Assembly (NCBI GenBank): GCA_973851085.1
Contig: OZ316776.1
Coordinates: 7,936,001 to 8,000,000, forward strand
Direction of reading: 5' to 3'
Source: Ptychomitrium polyphyllum
Lineage: Eukaryota
Length of the DNA: 64,000 nt
Part shown: positions 48,037 to 59,655 of the stretch, in pieces
How the letters are laid out: each line of letters opens with the position of its first letter
How positions within the stretch are numbered: the stretch's first letter is position 1
Notes under the pieces: generated by a model
Databases searched by the model: none
Seen by the model: only the letters and a program-made list of their open reading frames with translations
What the model was told of the DNA's origin: nothing
Made by a program: the position numbers and the translations under genes

Positions 48037-50594
48037 TCATTCATCCGGACCTCCTTTCACCTCATCTCGACGCTCCTCGTTGATGGCAATGAAAGCACGT
48101 TTTGCCGCTTCATAAACAGCGAAGGTAATGGCGGTCATAGGCACTATCTCCACATACTCCAGCAGTAGACCACGGTAAAGGGCTCCAATGCCCTCATTGT
48201 TTACGATACCTTTCAAAGCTTGCAGGACGTTGGTGTACTGTAAATTCCTGCCAACGTTCACAGCTTCCTTTGGCAAAGCACTTAAGCTGATCTCCCTTCG
48301 AGCAACTTCTAGAGGATAAGTTAGTGTTGTACCCACAGCAGCAGCTGCTGCACCTATTGTCAGGGATGCCCAATTGTCAAGATCTTTCTTTCCTTTCTCC
48401 TGCAGATATTGGTCTTTCAAAGTCTCGTAAGTGTAGAAGCTGGCAGCTGCGTTTGGAACCATCTTGATAAGAGCTGGGGTGATGCCTCGCATCAGCTCCT
48501 GCAAGCCCTCGTTCTTCAGAATTTTGACGAAAGCATCCCCAAAACCTTTGTAGGCATCACTCTGCAAACAAAAGAAGAGTCTCAAATCGATTCAGATGAT
48601 GGTCATATTCCTAAACTTTCCTCAAAATGTGAGGCATACAAGGAAGCATTGTGCACTGTAAAGAGCAACACTGCTTTGTTCACTACACTACATGCTATTA
48701 CCATCATAATATGAAAACTGTAGAAAACATATAAACACAAAAACGTTAATTAACCAAACCAACGTAGACAGTCAAGCGAGTCATCATTCGGAGTAAGTGA
48801 AACGAGTTAGCATCTAACAGGTTACCTACGCAGTATAATCTAATGACATGTTTGTTACAATTAAGACTACTGATCCCTATTGCGCATTTCAAAGAAAATG
48901 CAACATGGCGTGACAAGATTGGCTTACGTTTAAAACTACACGGTCATTGAGCACCATAAACGGATAGGCGAAAAATGTTGATGTAAACCCAGCTGCGGCG
49001 CCCGCTAAGGTGGCTAAGGGGATAGCACGAGGCAAGGGTAACACTTTGGGATCTTTCGCGTGTTTCCTTTTCTCGGTTCTCTTGACGGCTTCAAACGTAG
49101 CGAACTGCATGCCACCCAAAGTGCATATCACTTCTTAGAGCAACCTTCTTTTTAGTTAATTAAGTACAAATTCTTCCTCCTGATATCAATTAAATCAAAC
49201 ATTCAAAAAGTGTTCAAGTTTACATGTGAGCATCGCCCTCAAAAAATCCATACCTGAACACCTTTGTCAAGTGCTGTGCGAATAACGCTTATGGACAAGC
49301 TGCCTTTCATTACATTCTGAACTCCTTCCACTTGAGCCACCTTATTGACAACTTGGCCAACTGTGCGGCCTCCCTGACCACCCATGACACGCGTTTTGAT
49401 GATTTCCAACGGAGTGATTAAGGTCCCAGCCACTCCCCCTGCTACAATGCCACAAAGTAACTACACAGCACCAAAACCGAATTATCAGGAACATTAAAAA
49501 CTTTAAATTGGAACATCGTATAATATACAGATGCTCAGCAGGTCATGCTAGATCAATATATTTCTGATTCAGAGAGTGCTAATAGGCAGTGCCACTAATA
49601 ATTGTTGAACACTTAAGAATCAAGTAAATATTTCATGATCTCTCAAAGACTTGGACGGTTACAGTTACAGATTCGACTGATCTGTACGGAAAAGAGGGAT
49701 GCATTGAGACAGACCTGCTTAACCACCAAACTCTGGACTGGTCCAATAAAAGGAAGCTTCATCTGTGAGACTGGTACACGGTGATCCTTAGCAAATTCTT
49801 TTGCCTCTGCCCCAAGCTCCTCTGCCTTGTCTACAAATCCATCAGCTTTAGCGAGCACATCTTCCTTCGTCTCTTGAATTTCTCGCTAAACCCAACAAAA
49901 GAAGTTAATACTTCAGAAAGCAATCTGAAGAGATTAGCACGTCAAGGCATAGCAATTGCAGAAAGAAAACATAAGGCCACTAACACGCTGTATGCAGCAA
50001 CAACAAGTTCCAAACTTAAAACACGAATATTTTAGAACAGCCCTGAAATATAAGCTGACAACAACCAGGTTCTTCAATTCAAAACAATCCACAACACTGA
50101 CGCGAAGTGGAATCGCTGTGTCTAAAGTGATGCGTATTTAAAGGAGATCAACATAAAAGGAAGAAACCAACCTCTCCAATGTCGATTTTCACAAGCACAA
50201 TTAAATACGTGACCAAATATCTAAAGCTTGTCTCAAATTCCCGAATTAAAGAATATTCTCGAACAACAAGATTGTGCACAGAAAATTACAAATTTTCAAA
50301 GTGCCTAAGAATCTTTACCTGCGGATTTTCAAGGCCATTAGTGACACTAGCAAAGCCAAGGGCGCCTCCTCGATTAACCATGTTGCCGCCACTGCTGCCA
50401 AAGAAGCGATTCAGCCCACTTGACCTGTTTCGGCTTCCAAACCGCACTTTGTTGGGTCTCACCAGGATGTTTTGAGCCTCCTGCAGTCTTCCTTCAAGCC
50501 ATTGAAATCCTTCTGCCGACACCAATCCTCTCTCGGGAGCCCACCTAGAGACCAGGTAATGCGAGTGAGAAGAACCAGAGGAGTTATCCGCCAT
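48037..50594 (-). CDS. Mitochondrial carrier family (SLC25) protein, divergent BT1/Brittle1-like
   Basis: Three carrier repeats (PLEIIKTR, PFMVLNDR, PLEVARRE; EG..ELMRG, EGIGALYRG). The segment GDAFVKILKNEGLQELMRGITPALI..VP resembles BT1. Exons: 50594-50319, 49885-49715, 49460-49254, 49104-48928, 48561-48037. Confidence 0.85.
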
Positions 50595-52224
50595 CGGGAT
50601 CAAATGGTTAACCAACCGAGCAGCTTGTTACAGACGTGGTGTTCCTGTCACAGACAAATTCTGCAAAGGATGAATCAGACCATGAACCTTGGTCATCATA
50701 CAGCATCTAAGAATTTCACACTTCAAAAACGATTCTGTTCCAACCCATGCAAGACCGACACGTACAAACAGATGGATTAGATTTCTGTATCCTGTGCACC
50801 ATCAAGTGCCTGGAATTAAGAAATCGGGCACACACGATAAACCAGGCAAACAATTCATCAACGAGTTACTAAAGAGGGTCACCATCTTAAACATCAAAGT
50901 GGCCTTTTAAACAATCCAGATTCTTTACGCTCGCGAAACAACTGCCCCACAGATTATTGGGAAAGCCGGAAATGAAAAGCAACCCTGCGCAAGATAATCG
51001 TATCACAAAGTCTCACAGATAAGGCTCAATCAGTACTCGAGCTTCCTGCGCTGCTACCATAAATCTCAACAGAGCTCGGAAATTTGACAAGTGCAAATCT
51101 TGATAAGTAGAATTCCTGATAACTGCTCTTAGATGTAGGAAAGGAAGCAAAGAAGCACATCTTTCTCCAGAGGGCTTCAATGCCACTAGGGAAAGAATGG
51201 AAAAGGAGAGAAAAAGGAGACAAGGCTGTTCTCTTCGTCATAGCAGCGACCTGCATCAAAACCTTACACAGACACGAACCTCACGCATTGATTCATCATT
51301 TGCCTTCAAAATGAAACAATTCGCCTATGGCAGAAGTTGAGGGGGAAGATCAATCCCTTCAACAAACACAAAAAACAACAAACATTCCCTAAAAAACACA
51401 CACACCCCAACGGCGTCACATCCAAGCCCTAACAGCCATCCTCTCCCCAAGTGCGACCTCATGCTCCGTTATCTATCAATCAAGCCAATCGCACAGAAAG
51501 CAGACCAGCACTGACCCACTATTCTCTCCAATTGCAACAAAAACGAAACAACAAGATAAAAATGCAGCAACATCAAGACCACTGCCACGATAAAACTAAA
51601 CGAGACGGACTCACGTACTAGGCTGCATGTAAGTAAGTCGTCAGGGAAAGCACCATCAACTGCATATCCGCGGCACCGCGACGAGATTGAGCTCCATGGG
51701 GTACAAGTTTGGAGCACGATTTGTATCGAAACCAGCGAAACCAGCGACTATCGCCCGATCGAGCGTCGCAAAAGAGGCGTCTTTGGGCTCCGCAAGGACA
51801 GCTGGTCTGTCCGCCTCGCCACGCGGTCATGGGCCATTCGGCACGCTCACGTGCGTAATCCGCCAGCTCAGAAACCCGGCATGAGAGCGAAATCGCAAAA
51901 GCAACGGTCCACTCAATCCCACTCAAGCAAGATACTTGTGAGGATGAACTAAGGGATGCAAAATGATCCCCGAATAGATGCACAGCATGTTCCGCGGTTG
52001 ATGCTCTCACAGAGAGCAAGCGGTGACGATCGTCGCCTTATCTCGAGTTTCGCACTCTGGCGGTGACGATCGTCTCCCTTGTCTCGTCGCGGGAGGGTTT
52101 AGGGCGCACCCACCTCACTCGCCTCTGAGCTCCCTCATCTCTGGCAAGTTGTGTTGTGTGTTTGTTAGTGCACACCGTTTCTTGAGAGTGGTCAGGTGCG
52201 TTTAGGTGCAGGGCAGCCGTGGCG

Positions 52225-53783
52225 ATGGTGCTGGGGGATGTCTTCGTGCTGGCCTTCGTGCCGACGGCCTGCGTGGTGGGCATTCTCTTCGCGCTTGCGC
52301 AGTGGTACATCGTGTCGCGCGTGACTGTTGGCAGCCATGTCTCCAGCAATGGTTACAGGCAGGTGGATGAGGATGGCGTCGACGACTCCAGCGTCGTTTC
52401 TAAGTGCGCTGAGATTCAGGCCGCCATCTCTGAGGGCTCCGAGTCTTTCCTCGCGACGGAATATCGGTACCTGGGCGTGTTTATGGGGATTTTCTCGGTG
52501 ATTATCTTCGTGTTTTTGGCGTCTGTTGGAGGGTTCAGCTTCGACAGGCAGCCGTGTGATTACGACCCCGCGCAGTCGTGCCCGAGTTCGATCGCCAATG
52601 CGTTTTTCAGCACTGTGGCGTTCATTTTGGGGGCTGTGACGTCCACTCTGTCGGGTTATCTTGGGATGAGGATTGCGACTTATGCCAATGCGAGGACGAC
52701 ATTGGAGGCCCGCCGCGGGGTTGGGCAGGCGTTCATTGTTGCGTTCCGATCCGGATCGGTGATGGGTTTCTTGTTGGCTGCGAACGGGTTGCTGGTTTTG
52801 TTCCTGACCATCTTGGCGTTTAAGTTGTACTTCGGGGACGACTGGGTGGGTCTGTACGAGGCCATTACCGGGTACGGTTTGGGTGGATCGGCTGTGGCGT
52901 TGTTTGGACGTGTGGGTGGCGGTATCTACACCAAGGCTGCGGATGTGGGTGCGGATTTGGTCGGGAAGATCGAGCAGAACATCCCCGAGGACGACCCCAG
53001 GAACCCTGCGGTGATTGCCGACAACGTGGGTGACAATGTTGGAGACATTGCAGGTATGGGAGCTGATTTGTTCGGCTCCTTCGCCGAGTCGACCTGCGCT
53101 GCTCTTGTGGTGTCGTCTATCTCCTCTTTCGGAAGCGACAGGAACTTCGTGGCCATGTGCTTCCCACTGATCATCAGCGCCGCCGGTATCCTTGTGTGCC
53201 TGATCACGACGCTGTTCGCCACGGACCTTTTCACAATCAAGGGAGTGAAGGAGATCGAGCCCACCTTGAAGAGGCAGTTGGTAATTTCTACCATTCTGAT
53301 GACGGGTGCCATCTTCTTGGTGTCATGGTACGCATTGCCCGCGACTTTCACCATCAATGTCGTGGGTCACGCGCCCAAGGTCGTCAAGAACTGGCACATC
53401 TTTTTCTGTGTGGGTTCGGGACTGTGGGCTGGCCTTATCATCGGGTTTGTGACCGAGTACTTCACCAGCAATGCCTACCAGCCCGTGCAAGACGTGGCCG
53501 ACTCATGCAGGACTGGAGCTGCCACTAACATCATCTTCGGCCTTGCTTTGGGTTACAAGTCGGTCATCATCCCCGTGTTCGCCATTGCTGCAGCCATCTA
53601 CTTGAGTTACAGCCTGGCTGCCATGTACGGTATCGCCGTCGCTGCCCTCGGCATGCTCAGCACCTTGGCCACAGGACTCGCCATCGATGCCTACGGTCCC
53701 ATCAGTGACAACGCCGGAGGTATTGCGGAGATGGCTGGCATGAGCCACGAGGTTCGTGAGAGGACCGACGCCTTGGACGCTGC

Positions 53784-53825
<42 letters not shown>

Positions 53826-54633
53826 ATCGGCTGCGTTGGTGTCCCTTGCTCTGTTCGGAGCGTATGTCAGCCGAGCCGGAATCGCCAGCGTGGACGTCAT
53901 CCAGCCTAAGGAGTTCGTCGGTCTGATCGTGGGCGCCATGTTGCCGTACTGGTTCTCCGCCATGACAATGAAGAGCGTCGGAAAGGCCGCTTTGGCGATG
54001 GTTGAGGAGGTGAGGAGACAGTTCCGCACGATCCCCGGGCTGATGGAAGGCACCACCAAGCCAGACTACAAGAGATGTGTGCAGATCTCCACCGATGCCT
54101 CCATCAAGGAAATGATTCCTCCCGGTGCTCTTGTGATGCTGACCCCGCTGATTGTGGGAACTCTGTTCGGAGTGGAGACACTTGCAGGGCTGTTGGCTGG
54201 CGCTTTGGTGTCTGGTGTACAGATTGCCATCTCCGCATCCAACACTGGAGGTGCTTGGGACAACGCCAAGAAGTACATTGAGGTGAGGAGCCTTGTAAAC
54301 AGTAGTAGAGTCGAGGTGCTTTGCTTTATGCTTCAGTCAGTGTCTTTGAAATAGTTCTTTGCTAGCGGGTAGGTGAAGGGAATCGAAGGCAGGATCTCTG
54401 ATGCTTTCCGACTTGTCTCGCAGGCTGGTAACTCTGAGCACGCCAAGTCCTTGGGTCCCAAGGGTTCCGACGCCCACAAGGCAGCCGTTATTGGAGACAC
54501 TGTTGGAGATCCTTTGAAGGACACATCAGGACCATCCCTGAACATCTTGATCAAGCTCATGGCTGTGGAGTCTTTGGTGTTCGCTCCGTTCTTTGCAGCT
54601 AACGGAGGGTGGTTGTTCCGCATCTGGACTTAG
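52225..54633 (+). CDS. AVP1: Vacuolar H+-translocating pyrophosphatase, type I (K+-dependent)
   Basis: Motifs [51 protein letters not shown] (Ala marks the K+-dependent type) and [14 protein letters not shown]. Exons: 52225-54282 and 54424-54633. Confidence 0.97.
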
Positions 54634-56191
54634 ATTTGGCTACTTACATACTTCGTGAGGTGATTCTGTAATTGAACTGTTCAGAACATTTTGTGTTTGG
54701 GATGAGGAGAGGGCTTTATTTTTTAACGTAGTTCTAGTGAGCGTAACTTAGTGTGTTTAGTGAGCATATTCCTATTCTTATCCCTGGGGGAATGCCGCCC
54801 CACTACCATGGCATTGTGCATTATGTTCTGGCGTCTTACAAGTAATTTATGAGGCTTCTGCTCTTGTAGCAGAATTCCGACTCCTTTCATTTTTTACTTT
54901 GGGCATCCACTGGATTTTGTTCAAGTGCAGAAATGTATGGTTAAGGCTCAGCTTCTTTTACAAAAACTGAGCAGTGGTCATTAGGCTCAGACATCAGATT
55001 ATGAACTTGTTACCGGGCGCTGTGCAGTATGATCCTCATGCCTCGACGTTCACAGATGATCTTCGGCTTTATCCGTAGTGCATCCAATCCATCTGCAATC
55101 TTTTGGACTGAGTTTGGATGTTGGGATCCGTTCCATTCAATAACTCAAAAAGAATCAAATGCCGTATTTTCGAGTTCGTATATGGTGACCTCCGTCAACT
55201 AATGTAGATCTTTCTGAGTCATTGGACAAGTATTTTTGTTGGAAAACTCAAAATCCAAATTTCTAGACGAGTCATGTTCGTTGTATTTTTGTGATAGACC
55301 GTGGTGCACTGAAAGCATATTCTCGTGAACTCCAATATGCTTAAGTAAACCCAGATAGAAAATTATGTCGGAATGTGTAATTGAGTTGGAGAACTTGGAA
55401 AATGGAAGATCACTCACCCGAAAATAGAATATTCTGTTGTAATATTTGGATATGATTAAACACTCAATACTTTTCTCCAGAAGCTTCTGAAGTTTGCATG
55501 ACAATGACAAAGACAAGCAAGAAGTAGATGACGGGACTGCAAACACACCTCGTTCGACGATTCACAGTACGAGCATGGGGCCAGAATTGAAGCTACAGAA
55601 TCATTTGCAAAACAGTTCATCTCAATCTTGAACCTTCCCTTCTACATGAAACCTCACAATGTCGTCGTGCAAAAATTCAAACGAAAATCGTTTTCATGAA
55701 TGTGCTGATACGCTTGTAACATGAGCAACTTGCCTCCGACGCTACGTCCTTAGTTGCTGCATCCCAAACTGAGATTCATATGGAAAAACGTGGAGAAGAC
55801 CTTTAATACACGTGTCGATATTACATTCGGAACCTTATCTGAAATCTACATAAGAGGAACCTCAGGAGTTGTTCAAATTGTTCTCCGTGTTCTCCATAAC
55901 AATATAGTAGCATGACTACTTCCCACTTCAGTTTAATAAGTAGGGCTCATTAATCATACGTTTTGAAAGAGTTTATGTTCAAATCAGCTTCGGAATTCCA
56001 GAACCAGCAAACAAAGTAACCAGGAATCTAGATTAATACAGGGTGGAAAAAGTACCTCTCATGTAGCACTCAATCCGCTTGAACAATAAACAAACTTCGC
56101 TCTCAAAATCAATGAGATAAAAACAATCAACCAGGCTTAAGACAGAAAGAGAAGTCCACAAAAGCGATGACTGAGAGTGACAATCTTCATG

Positions 56192-57795
56192 CTATGCGAT
56201 GTGAGTACAGACAAGGTCCTGGCAAGAGCAGACAGGGCGGCCTGATTCAGCCCAACCGTTAAAGCCCCGCTCTAGGACCACGATGTTGGGGACTTTCTCA
56301 AGTTTTCCTTCAGCCACGGAAGCATTCAAATGCTCATTCAGAATTCGCGCACAAGTTGGGCCCCGAACCTACACATGGCAGACATCACAACCAATAGGTA
56401 ACCTAAGGAATTCCCCCCTTCTCATGCTGTTGCAATTGAGCATTGTCTGAACTCAGGTCACAAGAAATTGTTTCAACGTACATTTGGAAAAGCACTCAAT
56501 ATCAAGGTTTCTTTTGGAAGAGAAACACACCTGACTAAAGGAACAGTGGAAGACGACAGTGTCTTTGTTCTTGACCTCCTCGACCAACTTCGGAAGTTTC
56601 TCCTCGAAGTCGACACTGGAAAAATGCATGGAGCCTGCTATGTGTCCATCAAGAGCACGCTCGTCATCCCTGCGAATCACAGTATACAAACCCGTCATTA
56701 ACACTCCGCAATCGCTACTCAAACACATCAATAATGAAGTGGTACTATTTTCATCAAACCTTCCATCTTAAACAGTTTCATCGTATCTAGTGGTAAGATG
56801 AAGCAAGTAACGTAGAGCATGTCGAATTTTCTCATAGAAACCTGTCTCCAATAAAACGTGGTGACCCTTCCTCGTAACATTAGCAGTGATGATAAGCCCT
56901 CAGCTCCTTGAGGTACCAGCTTAAACGATCCGCTTCCAAAACTGATGTCTAGCATCAACACTAGGAAATTACAAACGCATGCCTTTGCAGCATTGTAGGT
57001 TCTGCAAACTTCTAAATGAGCGATGACGGCAGATTATGTCTTTTATGATAACATTGTTCACTGAACATTACAAGAACACGCGCCCTTACCCTCCCCGCAA
57101 CAAGCACTGTCACGAAATGAACAGTGAAAAGGAAAGAATTTTGAACCAAAAAGCCGAGTAGATGTGTAGACACAGAAACCACAGCATCGCTGCCTCCTGC
57201 GCCTATTCACAAACTCCCATACCCTAAAGCTTCAGCTTCACTTTCAATGAATAAATTTTAGGTTATGACCACTTTCCTCGTATCAAACTACACAAACAAG
57301 AACGGTACTTCACTACAATATCGACATCGCGAAGGAAGAGAACTGCGATGAGTACGACCCACATCAAAACCTCCCGAACAACTCACAGGCAGAGTCCAGG
57401 CCACCAGATCTAATTAAAGAACTCCATCCATTTCTCAGCTCATCGCCTATCAGAAAAACCGGTCGAGGACAATGACATCGAACCTCCATCACAGCTAAAA
57501 CTACCATCACTTCCAGTATTCCCTTTAAAGCTGCTGAATTCCCAGTCACTCATGCACCTGTACCACCCGCGTCTTCATGGAACCACAGAGCGCATGAGAA
57601 TCCCATCCAGGCTCTCCCAACACTGCCATCAGTAACACTCTGCTGTCCAGCTAAAAAATCTTAAGGATTCAAAATAATAGCAAGAGCAAAAGTGATGTGA
57701 GAAACTTACCTGACATCCACAACGGCGATTTTGGGGCTCTGCAAGCTCTGCAGCTGCTTTCCAGAGACGTACGAGACGGAAGAGTGCCTCGCCAT
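56192..57795 (-). CDS. ACR2: CDC25-like dual-specificity phosphatase / arsenate reductase (single rhodanese domain)
   Basis: [44 protein letters not shown] (HCx5R)..[17 protein letters not shown]. Exons: 57795-57710, 56669-56531, 56368-56192. An alternative in-frame ATG lies at 57906. Confidence 0.92.
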
Positions 57796-58357
57796 CGCTG
57801 CGATGCTCCGACGCCACACTTCAATGCCGGAGCTCCTCTCTTTGCCAAACCTTGTACTTTCCGACCCTCCTTCCAAGTTCCTGGTCTGATGGTGACATTC
57901 ATCCAAGACAGGTCGCGATTGGATGATACTTTCTGGTGACAGTGAGTGTCGTCAGCAATCATTAGTAGCTCTAACAGAAGTGGACGAAATCCTTGAAATA
58001 CGATGAGTATCATTCTCTCTCTTTGAACGCGCTCTCACTTTCATCAATATTCTGGACAGATGAACGAATGTTGGTCGTTTCGTTAATAATGTCGAAGATT
58101 CAATTCTCGCTCTCAGAAAGGTCTCTCATAAGCGCCATCCGATCCACTCCTCAGGTCACCCCACTTGCAAGGCATTGAGTATGTGCACCCAACTTGGAAC
58201 ACAAACATATGGTAAAAAATTTATTCAAGGTCGGGTAGAAGGGGATGAGAAAGTTTTGGGCTTTGTAAAGCTTACTTCAAAGGGGAGAAGCTCTGAACTA
58301 AAGGTCCATATGTCTAACAGGTCTGAAAGTTGGACATGCAAACTTGACAAGTGGATG

Positions 58358-58403
58358 TAGAAAGTGAGTTTGTAAGTATATAGAAAGTGAGTTTGTAAGT
58401 ATA
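58358..58403. repeat. Perfect 23-bp tandem duplication
   Basis: TAGAAAGTGAGTTTGTAAGTATA twice, at the edge of the AT-rich block. Confidence 0.9.
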
Positions 58404-59414
58404 GGTAAACTATCTTTTTGAACAAAATAATTGTTCAAAATTTATTGGGTAAGTAGATCTCATTTTCATTCCTAAGATAAAAATTTGGTTTTTTTATTTG
58501 TTGAAAGAATATCTTTGACTATAGATTTTAAAGAAGCCAATGAGTGGTAGATGAAATCTTATCATGATGGAATAAATAATTCAATCATAAATATAAGTGA
58601 ATACTAAAGTGATGAAAGCAATGAAATCATTTGTAGATTCTAATTGATAAAAAAGGTCCAATTTATAAATAATTTTAAGCTTTATCAATGATTTCACTTT
58701 TATATTATTTCATTTTTAATTACATTATATTTTTAAACAATGTACTGAAACACCCTTTTAAAACAATATGTATGCAAAATGTATTATAAAATCAAATTAT
58801 AATTTAGTGCATAGTAATACATAATTCAAAAGTATGTGGCTCTTTTTTGGTCTAAATAGTCAATTATGATTAGAATACATGAACCAATATGAAAACATTT
58901 TCTCCATCTATTGACCAAATCATAAAAATATGAAGTTGAAAAAAAAAATCGAAATACATTTGTTTTAAAAATTTCAAAAATTTCAAAATGTAACTAAGCC
59001 TTTAATTGACTACAAGACATAAGTAGATTTTATTTTGTATGTAACTCTTTAATAATAAGGATAATTATTACTTTTTGAACTGTTGATTTAATAGGATATA
59101 AAATCTATATAAAATTTAATTAATTAATATAGGTTTCTTGCTTTGGTATATATAAAATTAAAACTAATCTTTTTTGACTTAATTGTGGTTTTTAACAATC
59201 TTTCATGTATTTGGCTATTATAAATACAAATATAAATGTTTAAATATGAAGTAAAATATTAATAAATAACTAATTGAGCATCAAAGCATAGCTATGTATA
59301 TGTGATAAATTTTCAAAAACTTTGCAAGTTTATATTAGGACTTTTTGCTTTTCAAGCCTTTAAAATTCACAACATAAATACATGTCCTTAATTATTTCTC
59401 TTACTTTGAAAATT

Positions 59415-59655
59415 ATTAAAAAATCAGGTTTTTACAAAACCAAAATTTCTTAGTAATTTCACATGCCCTATTTGTGGAAAGACTTCTTCCTTCCAGCACT
59501 AATTAATTAAAAAATTTAGGCACCACTATCATTTGGTTAATATGATGAAGTTTCAATTTGAAGCCATAATTTTATTAAAATGAAAACATTTCTATAAACT
59601 TAGCAATCCAAAAATTATTTTAAAACATGTATTTAGTAAAAATCCTATTGAATAT
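59415..59655. mobile_element. Fold-back (MITE-like) element, degenerate copy 3
   Basis: Shares TTTGAAGCCATAATTTT exactly with copy 1 (about 3344-3360) and has similar termini (AGGTTTTT...AAAAATCCT). Confidence 0.45.

Noticed and set aside
52578..54623. Overlapping alternative-frame ORFs in the H+-PPase
   Set aside because: By-products of GC-rich codon usage.
54982..55043. Minus-strand C/D snoRNA (ATGAGGA..CTGA with AGGC/GCCT stem)
   Set aside because: Imperfect box C, too short, and no identifiable guide.
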